From the IMG/VR virus record IMGVR_UViG_3300035109_000005, positions 1 through 60,841 of that record: a stretch of DNA of 60,841 bases. The stretch is one strand, 5' to 3'. The stretch is from a virus. Lineage: Duplodnaviria > Caudoviricetes. How positions within the stretch are numbered: the stretch's first letter is position 1; each line of letters begins with the position of its first letter. The translations under genes and the position numbers were made by a program. Shown here piece by piece: positions 29,272 through 38,321 of this stretch. The notes beneath the pieces are model-generated. The model did not search any database, was not told the DNA's origin, and worked only from the letters and a program-made list of their open reading frames with translations.

Positions 29272-30642
29272 TCACCTGACGGCTCCGACGCGGCGCATGG
29301 CGTCCGGCGAAATAACCAAAGGAGCGCGCTTCGCAACCAGGGCATTGAACGCCTCCGAAGTGGAGTCAGCGTCGTCATCATGGGCTGCGTCAGGGAAACC
29401 CTCCAGCGCAGTAAACCAGTCCTCGTTCCATGGACCGCGGAGCACCGCCACGTTGCCGGCCTCCGCCTGCGCGGAGAACCCTCCGAAGCGGGTTCCCTTG
29501 TCGCCAGTCACCGGGCGGAAGCGAACGTTAAAGCCGACGAGAGACTTGGTGTAAGTAACGACCTGATCCTTGCCAGCCTGGCCAGGATCCTGCGGGAGAT
29601 GCACAACCACGGCGGGGCCATCCTGCTCCGCTGTGTTCCTGACAGCTCTCTGGACCTCGAGCGGCCCTTCGCGCATGCGTCGATGATCCGCCACGATGAA
29701 TGTCCCGTCTGGCGCTTGTCCGATCTTGGTGCCGCACGTCCAGTCTGGGTCGTTATCGTCGGTCTTGCGCGTCGCCGCTAAATCCCAGCCTCGCACGAAA
29801 CGGGTGCCTGCCGGGATGGTGTCTACGACGCGCACCCAGTGGCGCCGGAAGTAGAGCCCAGCGGTTGGGCGCACCTTCCAGTTCCCCCCCAGCAACCGCT
29901 CGCGCTCCACCCGCGGCATCGCGAGCAGGTTGGCGCGATAGCCGGGGTCGGCGGCCATTAGGATCGCGTTGTCCTCCAGCCTCGACGGGATGAACGTCAG
30001 CGACTTGGGCTCGCAACCCTCGAACCTGTTCCGCAGCTCCTCGGCGGAATCCGCCCACTGCAGGATGTCGCCCACTCGAGTAAACCACCGGACGGCGCCA
30101 GCCCGCTCCGGGATGGGCAGGCCGCTATCCTGGTCGATCCACCATGCCAGCAGCTCCGCCACCCATGAGTCAGCGTCTGGGTTCGTGGTGGCGCGGATGT
30201 AAGGACGCACCCCGCATGTCGAGCGGCTGCGCGAGAGCATGTAGAAGAACTGGGCCCGGCTGAAATGGGTCAGCTCGTCGAAACAGATCAGAGGCACTTG
30301 CGCGCCTTGCCAATCCAGCACGGTGGTTTCGTGCTCTAAGTGGCCACACGCAATTTTAGCCCCAGACCGAAACGTCCACGTCAGGGTGTCAAGGCGCGGG
30401 CGCGCGCCAACCAAGCCGTAGATTCCGACGCTCGTGTCCCAGATCGACCCCGGCTTCTTTACGTCAGCGAGCGTGCGGCGGAAGATGACCGCCGAAAAGC
30501 CGGGAACGCCGACATGGCGAAGCGCCTCCAACAGCAGCGCGTAGGACTTTCCCCCGCCCGCCGCCCCCCCGTAGATGGCGATATCCGCGTTGCTACTCAG
30601 GAACCTTTCTTGGGGTCCTGGCTGGGCTTTAATCTCTGCCAT
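29272..30642 (-). CDS. terL: Terminase large subunit
   Basis: Walker A GGAAGGGKS, Walker B FDELTHF, ATTNP, nuclease motifs GWDLAA and HDDDADS. Confidence 0.95.
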   Translation of the reverse strand: MAEIKAQPGPQERFLSSNADIAIYGGAAGGGKSYALLLEALRHVGVPGFSAVIFRRTLADVKKPGSIWDTSVGIYGLVGARPRLDTLTWTFRSGAKIACGHLEHETTVLDWQGAQVPLICFDELTHFSRAQFFYMLSRSRSTCGVRPYIRATTNPDADSWVAELLAWWIDQDSGLPIPERAGAVRWFTRVGDILQWADSAEELRNRFEGCEPKSLTFIPSRLEDNAILMAADPGYRANLLAMPRVERERLLGGNWKVRPTAGLYFRRHWVRVVDTIPAGTRFVRGWDLAATRKTDDNDPDWTCGTKIGQAPDGTFIVADHRRMREGPLEVQRAVRNTAEQDGPAVVVHLPQDPGQAGKDQVVTYTKSLVGFNVRFRPVTGDKGTRFGGFSAQAEAGNVAVLRGPWNEDWFTALEGFPDAAHDDDADSTSEAFNALVAKRAPLVISPDAMRRVGAVR

Positions 30643-31192
30643 TCGCGGGAAGGATCACGATAGTCTTTTCGGTTTCGATAGGTCCGCCATCTTTCCCCGT
30701 AACTTCCACCTTCTCTTTGAACATGCCGAGGTGGCGACCGAGGTCAACCAGGGCGGCTCGCTTGTCGTGGAGCTTGATCTTCAAGCTGCCTTTCTCGTTC
30801 TGGCTAATCTCAGCGATGGCGGCTGCCGTCACGTCGTCAATCTCATCGCTGCTGATGATCTCAACTATGTTCGAGGCGGGGTTCCTAGAGGAGCAACTGA
30901 GGGCATCTTGGTCCGCAGATGGGCTGCTCCGCCACTTCACGGCCTTGCGAATATCCGAGAACCCAATCTTTGCTAGCTCAGAAAGGACTTTCTCGATCGA
31001 AACTCCTGTTTTTTCAGCGGCCCGGCTCAGGATTTCCTCAACTCGCCTCGAAACGCCCTCATTTGACCTCAGCCTCTGGGCGTTTTTGCGCGACGGGGCG
31101 TATCCCGCGAGGGCGTATGCTGTCTCTAAAGTCACCCCTTTTGCGACTTCTTGAGCGAACAGTTCGTGCTTTGGATTTTTCAGGACCGGCAT
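30629..31192 (-). CDS. terS: Terminase small subunit
   Basis: LKNPKHELFAQ, AY..AGY, VLSELAKIGFSDI, KLHDK.AAL..LGRHLGMF, TGKDGGPI. Confidence 0.9.
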   Translation of the reverse strand: MPVLKNPKHELFAQEVAKGVTLETAYALAGYAPSRKNAQRLRSNEGVSRRVEEILSRAAEKTGVSIEKVLSELAKIGFSDIRKAVKWRSSPSADQDALSCSSRNPASNIVEIISSDEIDDVTAAAIAEISQNEKGSLKIKLHDKRAALVDLGRHLGMFKEKVEVTGKDGGPIETEKTIVILPANGRD

Positions 31193-31484
31193 GAGGCTAA
31201 ACGCAAGCTTTCATTCCACGCCGCTTCCGCCTGTAGAGGGAGGATATCCACGTCGGCGAGGATCGCCCCGAAGACGACTTCTGGGTCGATCGGGTAAGGC
31301 GCGGCAAGAACCCGCCGGACATGAAACGTTAACGCGGCCATAGCCAAGACAGCTTGGCTACGCTGGCGCAACGCGCCCCGCCCCCGACTGAGACCGCGCG
31401 CCAACAATCTTGGGGTTCGTCTCCCAGTGTGAATCGGGGTGCGGCCACTATTACCGCCGCGGGTTACCTGGTGCCTCGGGTTTT

Positions 31485-31533
31485 TTCGCATAATGCGAAT
31501 TTTTCTCTTGCGCCGATCTTCGCATTATGCGAA
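31485..31533 (+). promoter_or_regulatory. Twin palindromic operators TTCGCATWATGCGAA flanking a putative -35 (TTGCGC at 31508)
   Basis: TTCGCATAATGCGAA at 31485-31499 and TTCGCATTATGCGAA at 31519-31533. Confidence 0.7.
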
Positions 31534-31583
31534 TCTAAATCATCGAGAGAGCGCAGGGCTCCTCGGAAAGACGGAGAGAGAAA

Positions 31584-31679
31584 ATGGAAGCGAATGTTGA
31601 CCTTGCCGCCCTTGCCCTGGACCTGATCACCGAGATCCTCGACAAGGCGGGCGAAGAGATGGAGAAGGAGGGGCGCTAA
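31584..31679 (+). CDS. 31-aa acidic peptide (moron)
   Basis: GGAGAG RBS; MEANVDLAALALDLITEILDKAGEEMEKEGR; hairpin over the stop. Confidence 0.5.
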   Translation: MEANVDLAALALDLITEILDKAGEEMEKEGR

Positions 31680-31720
31680 GCCCCTCCCTTACTCACCCGC
31701 CAAGAAAAAGGAGAGATCAG

Positions 31721-31930
31721 ATGACGACCGTGAACGAAGCTATCCTCGCGATCAAAACCAACGTCGAAGCAGACGGCGGCATGCTGGAAAACCTTGTCAC
31801 CGAGTGGTGCAACGCCTCGGAGGTCGAAATCGGCGAGCAAGGGGATATCTGGATCGCCAACCCCCAACGTGGCCATTGGCTCAGCGACGAGCGCAAGCGC
31901 GAATTCGTCGAGTGGTGCAACGCTCAGTGA
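31721..31930 (+). CDS. Hypothetical protein (moron, 69 aa)
   Basis: AAGGAG RBS; stop overlaps the HTH start. Confidence 0.7.
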   Translation: MTTVNEAILAIKTNVEADGGMLENLVTEWCNASEVEIGEQGDIWIANPQRGHWLSDERKREFVEWCNAQ

Positions 31931-32136
31931 CCCAAGCCGAATTCACTGCCGCTCGCGACGCACTGGGTCTCAACAACCCGGCGCTGGCGCGTCTGTTAGG
32001 CGTCCACGTCAGCGTCGCCTACCGATGGGAATCGGGCCATACCCCGGTCCCGCGCTACGTCGAGATCATCCTTACCGAGCTGCAAGCCTCAGCTGGGTTC
32101 CGCAAACGCCTCGGCATTCCACAAAGCACGATGTGA
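31927..32136 (+). CDS. Xre-family HTH regulator
   Basis: MTQAEFTAARDALGLNNPALARLLGVHVSVAYRWESGHTPVP. Confidence 0.8.
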   Translation: MTQAEFTAARDALGLNNPALARLLGVHVSVAYRWESGHTPVPRYVEIILTELQASAGFRKRLGIPQSTM

Positions 32137-32457
32137 AATACGTCTTGGCTTTTACGGGTCGGGGCGGCGGCTTTGGCCGCTCCGGCGAGACGTCGCCCGC
32201 GCGTGGCGCGCGCGGTCGAATTTCGCAGGGCGATACGCCATCCTATCCCCGCCTCGGCGCACACCCTCGCGGGCGGCGCTTCGTCTCTTGCGAGGCAAAA
32301 CTCGATGTCTACCTCGGGCGTGAGAAATGCCGGTTTTGTCCGGTCCCGGCAATCCAGTTGTGGGGTCTCGATTTTATGTGATCTGCAAGCGCGCCCAGTA
32401 AGCGCCTAGTCGAATGTCTTCATATCTTTCCAGCGTCCGCGCGCCTGCGGCGCGAGG

Positions 32458-32994
32458 TCACGGCAGCAGGCCATCGCCGATCACCCCAGAAAGGATGATG
32501 TCGAGACCTTTGTTCGTGAGCTCGTAGGCCGCGCTCTTGCGGAGCCCGATTCGCTCGCAGAAGTCGCGCATCGATAGGCGCCTGATATCGCACCAGAGAT
32601 AGAGCTGCAGGGCCTTGCGGGGGCGAACATGCGCTTCCGCCGAGAGGTAGGCTTGAAGCCATTGCGCTGCGATCTCAGCGTCCGAAATCTCGGAAGGAGT
32701 GAAGGACTCGCGCCGCCCTTCGGGGCGCCGAGTCTTGGACGAATAACCCTCTTGGCGCGCGTTGCGCTCGAAAGCATCCATGTCGCGATAGAGCGCCCAG
32801 TCCGGCCAGAAGGTGAGGCGCTCACCCGGCTTCGGGGAAGAGGTCGATCGGCAGAGCACATAGGCTCCGCGCCGCATTCGCCATCTGACGCGCTCTCGAT
32901 CCCAGTGAGCTTCATGTTGCCGATCGGCAATCCCAGTGCCCTGGCTAAGAAGGCGCCTCGACTCCTCTGGGCTGTAGCAGTCGTCAAAGGTCAT
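32458..32994 (-). CDS. Putative late regulator (DUF6362-like) with C-terminal HTH
   Basis: W.RERVRWRM, FWPD, TPSEIS.AE.A.QW; position just before terS. Confidence 0.55.
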   Translation of the reverse strand: MTFDDCYSPEESRRLLSQGTGIADRQHEAHWDRERVRWRMRRGAYVLCRSTSSPKPGERLTFWPDWALYRDMDAFERNARQEGYSSKTRRPEGRRESFTPSEISDAEIAAQWLQAYLSAEAHVRPRKALQLYLWCDIRRLSMRDFCERIGLRKSAAYELTNKGLDIILSGVIGDGLLP

Positions 32995-33145
32995 CCCACC
33001 ACCTCTACTCTGACAAAGCCGCCGCATTTTCTGACATTGGCGAGTCAGAAATTCCGCGCCACCGCCAATCAACCTCTAGAGATTTCGCCATTTTTGCCGC
33101 CCGCCACGTTCTGACATTTTTCGAAAGATAGCCCGTATTGCTCTG

Positions 33146-33274
33146 TCAGACTGGCCTCGCTGCCAGAAAGGCGCCGATCGCCACGCCGATAACGAGGCTC
33201 GCTGCGCTCCAAAGCACCACCACCTTCACGGCGTCTGGCGTCCGGTCCATGATGGAGCGGAATTTGTCTGTCAT
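33146..33274 (-). CDS. 42-aa membrane peptide
   Basis: GGAAGAG RBS; VVVLWSAASLVIGVAIGAFLA. Confidence 0.5.
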   Translation of the reverse strand: MTDKFRSIMDRTPDAVKVVVLWSAASLVIGVAIGAFLAARPV

Positions 33275-33292
33275 GGTCTCTTCCTTCCTCGG

Positions 33293-34660
33293 TTAGAACG
33301 GCAAATCCTCGCCTAGAACCTCTTCCATCGTTCGTGCCGGCGCCTGCGTCGTTTCATCTCGACGCCGCGCCTCTGCGATGTCGTCGCGCTTGGCGAAGCC
33401 GCGCACCTTTTTGCCCGTCAGCCAGATGTACGGCGTCTCGCGCATGATGATCCGTAGCTGCATCAGCTTCTCGCCGTGCCGCTTCATCGCCTGGGAGAGC
33501 TTGTCCTGGCGCTTCTTCGGGTCTGCCTCATCCGCCCCGTCGAAAGCCATGCCTGCGAAAACCTCGCCGAGCGTCTTCCACCGTACGACCTTCGCACCGG
33601 CCGGAAGATTGAGCTCGTTCGGCGCATCCTCGCCTTGCTCTGAAAGCGCCCGGTAGACCGCGCGCAGGAACACTTCGCATTGAGGGGTGAGCTTAATGCC
33701 GGCGTCGGTCGGCTTCGCCGTCTCGCCTGGCTCGCCTTCTTCGTTCGGGGCCCGAACAACGCAGCTGGTGATAGGGTCTCCGTCTTCGTCCCTGCCGATC
33801 TCGACCGCAGGAAGGACGAAGCGCCAGCGCTTCCCGTCCTCTCCATCCTTCTGCTTCACGAGCGTCATTTCTCGAATCTGGCGACGGTCGATATCCATCA
33901 CCGGCTCTTGGTTCTTCCCCTCAGTCATGACGCGGGAGACGCCGAGGACGGAGTCAATGTTCGCGGTGATACCGGTCCAGCCGCGCGCCTTGGTTCCTCC
34001 AGCGTTCATGTGGTGGACCAGGAGAACAACCGCCTGAAGCGCTTCCGATATGCGGACGCAGCGTTCAAGGACCGGCCCCATATCTCTGGACGCGTTTTCG
34101 TCGGCGCCAGCTGTCGCGGCGCCGAATGTGTCAATGACGACGAGCTCCAAGGGGGCGGCAAATGTCGCCGCGAAGTGCCTGCACTCATGAATAAACGCGG
34201 TGGCGTGATCCTCGCTCGAGTAGAGGTTTAGCCCGGCTGGCATAAGGACGAAGTCGAGCGGCGCCGAAAGGTCGATGCCGTTTTCTCGGCGATAGGCTTT
34301 CAGCCGCTTAAACAGCCCGCGCTTGCCTTCCCCGGCTTGATAGATCACGCCGCCCTTGCGCACCCACTGCCCAAACCATCGCTCTCCGCGGCAAACCGCC
34401 ATGGCGAGGTCGAGACTCAGGAACGATTTCCCGCATCCCGATGGCCCCGCCATCATCGCGACCTCGCGCCGTGTCAGGACGCCCTTAATCAGCCATTCGT
34501 GCGATTGTCCTGGCTCCTCGAGCTGCGCCCATGTCCGCGCGTTGAACTTCGAAATGTATGGTGGAGGGGCGAGGATTTTCGCGGCGAAAGCGTCGAACTC
34601 CTCCCCGGTCATTGGTCGTGGGAGATCGGCAAGGTCGGCGGGGTCGAGGGCGTAGCTCAT
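33293..34660 (-). CDS. RepA-like (AAA_25) replicative helicase
   Basis: WLIKG, GPSGCGKS, Y.AGEG, LVVIDT, DEN...DM, LVHH..K, KQKDG. Confidence 0.85.
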   Translation of the reverse strand: MSYALDPADLADLPRPMTGEEFDAFAAKILAPPPYISKFNARTWAQLEEPGQSHEWLIKGVLTRREVAMMAGPSGCGKSFLSLDLAMAVCRGERWFGQWVRKGGVIYQAGEGKRGLFKRLKAYRRENGIDLSAPLDFVLMPAGLNLYSSEDHATAFIHECRHFAATFAAPLELVVIDTFGAATAGADENASRDMGPVLERCVRISEALQAVVLLVHHMNAGGTKARGWTGITANIDSVLGVSRVMTEGKNQEPVMDIDRRQIREMTLVKQKDGEDGKRWRFVLPAVEIGRDEDGDPITSCVVRAPNEEGEPGETAKPTDAGIKLTPQCEVFLRAVYRALSEQGEDAPNELNLPAGAKVVRWKTLGEVFAGMAFDGADEADPKKRQDKLSQAMKRHGEKLMQLRIIMRETPYIWLTGKKVRGFAKRDDIAEARRRDETTQAPARTMEEVLGEDLPF

Positions 34661-34932
34661 TTGCCGTGCCCCATCTGTCGCCCATAGGCAGATTGCCCCA
34701 GCGCATAAAGGATCGTCGTATGATCCCGGTTGAAGATGCGCCCGATCTGCGTCGAGGATAGCGCCGGCAGCTCCTTCTTCACCTGCCTAATGGCCGCCCG
34801 GCGCGCTCTCATGATCAAAATGGTTCTGGCGCGCCCCAATATCTCGCTGACTGGGACGTGATATTCGCGCGCTACACGTTCGATCACAGACATGATGTGA
34901 GGTGCGCGTGGGTCGAACTTCGCCTTACTCAT
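34657..34932 (-). CDS. DnaA C-terminal-like HTH protein
   Basis: EILGRAR...ARR, S..QIGRIFNRDHTTILYA. Confidence 0.8.
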   Translation of the reverse strand: MSKAKFDPRAPHIMSVIERVAREYHVPVSEILGRARTILIMRARRAAIRQVKKELPALSSTQIGRIFNRDHTTILYALGQSAYGRQMGHGK

Positions 34933-35069
34933 GACGCCCGCCCCTTTCTTGCTCTTGCCTCACGCGCCCGTTTGCGGGCGCGGCGGATAATTCGAGGTGG
35001 GAGGATTTGGATGACGACAATCCGTGTCGCCTTCGTGTGCTTGAAGTAAAAGCGCCGGCGCTCGATCAT
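34929..35069 (-). CDS. Small basic protein (46 aa)
   Basis: ATGA overlaps at both ends; Arg-rich. Confidence 0.4.
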   Translation of the reverse strand: MIERRRFYFKHTKATRIVVIQILPPRIIRRARKRAREARARKGRAS

Positions 35070-35983
35070 GCCGCGTCCGTCACTGCTGAGAGGGCGGCTT
35101 CAACGCGCCAGATCGATCGGCCGATCGCTTCCGTGATTTGGGGAAGAACTGCGTCGCCGTAGGCGCTGATGCATTCGCGAGCCAGCCTGGAGGGTAGCCC
35201 ATGATCCACTCGTATGTGGCCAGCAATGCCGCCGTGCCAGTCACCCCAATCGTCCGCCCATGCGAGTCCGGTTCGCCCCATTTGTTCGCGCGCGGCGTTC
35301 CGATCATCGTTCGTAGCTTCTCGCGCGCACCCGATCCGCCCTCCCATCTCAGTCCTCCGGACTGAGATTGCTTGCAGGCAGTCGGGAGAAGCTGCCTGCC
35401 GCCATGTTTCATCGGCCTGCCTCTCAACGCGGCGATCTGATCGCCGCGTCCACCCCGCTCCCCGTCCGATTTGCGCGGTGTCGGCAGCAATGAACCAGAC
35501 CCGATCGCGCTTGTGGGGCGCTCCAATATCGTCAGCACCGACCACGCACGGCCAGACGGCGTAGCCCATTCTCTCCAGCTCGCCGATGACCCAGTCCGCC
35601 CCGCGAGTTCTGAGGCCAGGGCTGTTTTCAAAAGCGCACCAACGAGGACGGCATTCGGCGACGAGCCGTAAGGCATCGCGGAAGAGGCCTGTCCTTTCCC
35701 CTTCGACGCCCTTGCCTTTTGAGTTTGCAAGACTGGCGTCCTGGCATGGCGGGCTTCCGACGATGACGTCTGGCAAGAACCCAAGGTCGGAAACAATTCG
35801 GCTTGCAGAGAGGCTTCTGACATCGTCGTACATCCGAACGTCTGGGAAATTGTGAGAAAAAACAGCACGGCGCCATGGATCAGACTCGCAAGCGGCGACC
35901 GTGCGAAAGCCAGCGCGGTGCATGCCGAGAGACCACCCGCCACAGGCGCCGCTGAAAAGGTCCAGAACGAGAGGGCGGCTCAT
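35066..35983 (-). CDS. C5 cytosine DNA methyltransferase, alpha chain (motifs I-VIII and X)
   Basis: LDLFSG, GSPPCQD, ENSPGL, HKRDRVWFIA, YGDAVLPQITEAIG. Confidence 0.9.
   Translation of the reverse strand: MSRPLVLDLFSGACGGWSLGMHRAGFRTVAACESDPWRRAVFSHNFPDVRMYDDVRSLSASRIVSDLGFLPDVIVGSPPCQDASLANSKGKGVEGERTGLFRDALRLVAECRPRWCAFENSPGLRTRGADWVIGELERMGYAVWPCVVGADDIGAPHKRDRVWFIAADTAQIGRGAGWTRRSDRRVERQADETWRQAASPDCLQAISVRRTEMGGRIGCAREATNDDRNAAREQMGRTGLAWADDWGDWHGGIAGHIRVDHGLPSRLARECISAYGDAVLPQITEAIGRSIWRVEAALSAVTDAA
35080..35676 (-). CDS. Putative beta chain of the C5 methyltransferase, overprinted in an alternate frame
   Basis: Open 198-aa frame with LLPTP/LPT/GTP repeats and motif IX-like EWIMGYPPGW that the alpha frame lacks. 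Confidence 0.7.
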   Translation of the reverse strand: MPYGSSPNAVLVGALLKTALASELAGRTGSSASWREWATPSGRAWSVLTILERPTSAIGSGSLLPTPRKSDGERGGRGDQIAALRGRPMKHGGRQLLPTACKQSQSGGLRWEGGSGAREKLRTMIGTPRANKWGEPDSHGRTIGVTGTAALLATYEWIMGYPPGWLANASAPTATQFFPKSRKRSADRSGALKPPSQQ

Positions 35984-36762
35984 ATCAATGACCCGGCTTT
36001 GGGACGCAGCGACGGCGCCCATTTGTCCTTGTCCGCCTTGATCTGCGGGTAAGCCGTTGGGTGCATTTGCCGAAAATTTGGAAGGTTAGGTCCTGCGATG
36101 TAGCCGTTCTCCGCCTTTACAAGCCAACCCGTGAAAGGATCGGTCCAACGTGTCGGGGAAAGCTGAAGCGCCTTGAAGTCAGACCGCGTTACCGGGCGGT
36201 CTTCAAGCAAGATTGCAAGCTTGATCGCCTTGATCTTCCACTCCGTAAGCGCCAGCGGCGAAGACGCGCCCGCGGTGACATCAGGGACATAATCTGGAAG
36301 CTTTAGGCGCCGATCTGGGCACCACTGGTGCCATGTTTTGCCTACATCCCACCCTCGCACCTCATCTGGAAGATCCGGAGAAAACGCCGGGCGCCAAACG
36401 CCCCGACGCCATTCTTCTTTTTGGGCGGTAGGGCTATGGCAACGGATGACAGTGATCCCCAGCGCGCAGCAAAGTGCCCCGATTTCATGCCCAGCAGCAT
36501 CAGAGGGGACAAGCACGGCGCGATAGTCGGGACCAACCACGCCCATGCTCCATCCGCGCGCGCCATCAAGAGATTGCAGGAGAACTTTAGCATTCAAAGC
36601 GAGTTTGGCTTCGATCCCGATTTGAACTTGGTCGCATTTCCTGACCAAGACTATGTCGAACCCCTCCGTCTCCGGGTAAGCGATCCAATCCCTGTCGAGC
36701 TTCGCGACCTCACCGAGAAATGCTGCGCACAGTTCTGTTTCCTTTTTGAAAATCTTGCTCAT
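35980..36762 (-). CDS. PD-(D/E)XK nuclease-like protein
   Basis: YPET..FDIVLV...IGIEAK. Confidence 0.55.
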   Translation of the reverse strand: MSKIFKKETELCAAFLGEVAKLDRDWIAYPETEGFDIVLVRKCDQVQIGIEAKLALNAKVLLQSLDGARGWSMGVVGPDYRAVLVPSDAAGHEIGALCCALGITVIRCHSPTAQKEEWRRGVWRPAFSPDLPDEVRGWDVGKTWHQWCPDRRLKLPDYVPDVTAGASSPLALTEWKIKAIKLAILLEDRPVTRSDFKALQLSPTRWTDPFTGWLVKAENGYIAGPNLPNFRQMHPTAYPQIKADKDKWAPSLRPKAGSLI

Positions 36763-36781
36763 GACGCCCCCTTCAGCCCAA

Positions 36782-37171
36782 TCATGAGCACCCCGTGGTC
36801 GACCCGCAGACGGTGCATTTCAGGCACGTCCCGTTGCGGACCATCTGCATGGAACCGCACTCCCGGCATTCATCGCCCGTATAGCCCTTCGCGCGCGCCT
36901 CAGAGAGGCGCGTGGATGCATCCGGGCGTTCCGGGTGCGCTACCGCGTCAATCATCCATTGCGGCGCCTGTGCTGGTTCCTGCGCCGCTGCGGCGCTCGG
37001 CGTGCTGGGGCCAGGGACGATGCTGTCAGCGACCGCCCGTAGAGCCGCCACGGCGCCGGCAGACGCCTTTGTCGACGCCCTCATTTCAATCTCATCTGCG
37101 GCGCGGCGGCATTCTGTTGCAGCCCATCTCAGGGCCATGATTTCCCCGCGCTTCACGTCCGCATCGCTCAT
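36782..37171 (-). CDS. Protein ending in an NrdJ-type C-terminal zinc ribbon
   Basis: ARAKGYTGDECRECGSMQMVRNGTCLKCTVCGSTTGCS. Confidence 0.7.
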   Translation of the reverse strand: MSDADVKRGEIMALRWAATECRRAADEIEMRASTKASAGAVAALRAVADSIVPGPSTPSAAAAQEPAQAPQWMIDAVAHPERPDASTRLSEARAKGYTGDECRECGSMQMVRNGTCLKCTVCGSTTGCS

Positions 37172-37197
37172 CTCACCCGCCCCCCGCTATGTTTCGC

Positions 37198-38319
37198 TTA
37201 GACCCTCATCGGCATCAGAACGGCCAGCATCGCTTCGCTCTCTGGAGAGATGAAAACGCATGGAGAGCCAGGGTCGCTGAGCTTCATCACCACACGGTCG
37301 GAACTGATCGCGGAGAGGATGGTCTGGACGTAAGAGCCGTTGAAGCCGACCTCGAGCGGCTCCCCCTTCCAATCCACATCGATCTCATCGGTCGCGTCTC
37401 CGTGGTCAGGGTCGCGGACAGAGAGGCGGAGCGCTCCCCCTTCGCCGAAGGACAATTTCACCGCGCGGCCGCGCGCGCTCTGAATCGTCGAGACGCGCGC
37501 AAGGGCGGAGGAAAACGCCGCAGAGTCGAGCGTCGCGCGATGCGGAAGGTCTTGCGGGATGACGCGCGCATAATCCGGGAATGTGCCATCGATCAGCTTC
37601 GAGACGATCGTGGTGGGCCCCATCGCGAAGCGGATTTGGTTCTCGGAGAGCGCGACGGAAGCGACTGCCCCATCTGACTCCGATATGTGCCGCAGAACAG
37701 TCTCGACCGTTTTGCGTGGCATGATGACGCCCGGCATACCTGAGGAGCCTTCCGGCGCCGGAATATCGAACCGGGCGAGACGATGACCGTCCGTCGCCAC
37801 GGCGCGCAGCTTCGGCGCGCCGCCGACTTCGACGAAATGTAGGTAGATGCCGTTGAGGTAGAAGCGCACCTCTTCCTTGGAGATTGCGAAAAAAGTCTTT
37901 CCAAAAAGCGCAGAGAGAGATGAGGCATGCAGATCAAAGCCGTGCGGCAAGTTTTTCCGCTCGGCGTCAGGGAAATCGCTTGCTGGGAGCGTCGGTAGCT
38001 TGAAGCGCGAGCGCCCAGACCGAACCGTCAGGACGTCACCGTCGAGCGCCAGCGATACGTCAGCGCCGCTCTCGAATTTGCGGGCCATGTCGGAGAAGGT
38101 CGCCGCCGGAACGCAAAAAGAGCCCGCGTCGTCGACATTGGCGTCAACGCGAGTCGAGGCTGTGATGTCGAGATCGGTTCCGGTGACGATCAGAGCGCCG
38201 CTCGGCTGCGCCTCAATGAGAACGTGGGTCAGGATCGGGACAGTGCTTCGCTTCTCGACGGCGCGCGCGGCTGCGGATAGGGCGGCCAATAGTTTTTTCT
38301 GGGGGACAACGGCTTTCAT
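37198..38319 (-). CDS. dnaN: DNA polymerase III beta sliding clamp
   Basis: TVPILTHVL, GTDLD, RFYLNGIY, VATDGHRLA, SKLIDGTFPDY.RVIP, VLMPMRV. Confidence 0.95.
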   Translation of the reverse strand: MKAVVPQKKLLAALSAAARAVEKRSTVPILTHVLIEAQPSGALIVTGTDLDITASTRVDANVDDAGSFCVPAATFSDMARKFESGADVSLALDGDVLTVRSGRSRFKLPTLPASDFPDAERKNLPHGFDLHASSLSALFGKTFFAISKEEVRFYLNGIYLHFVEVGGAPKLRAVATDGHRLARFDIPAPEGSSGMPGVIMPRKTVETVLRHISESDGAVASVALSENQIRFAMGPTTIVSKLIDGTFPDYARVIPQDLPHRATLDSAAFSSALARVSTIQSARGRAVKLSFGEGGALRLSVRDPDHGDATDEIDVDWKGEPLEVGFNGSYVQTILSAISSDRVVMKLSDPGSPCVFISPESEAMLAVLMPMRV

Positions 38320-38321
38320 GG

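Noticed and set aside
31340-31480. tRNA-like GC-rich segment before terS
   Set aside because: No cloverleaf or T-loop consensus could be built on either strand
31480-31510. dif-like site (TTCGCATAA resembles a XerC arm)
   Set aside because: No XerD arm (TTATGTTAAAT-like); better explained as a repeated palindromic operator
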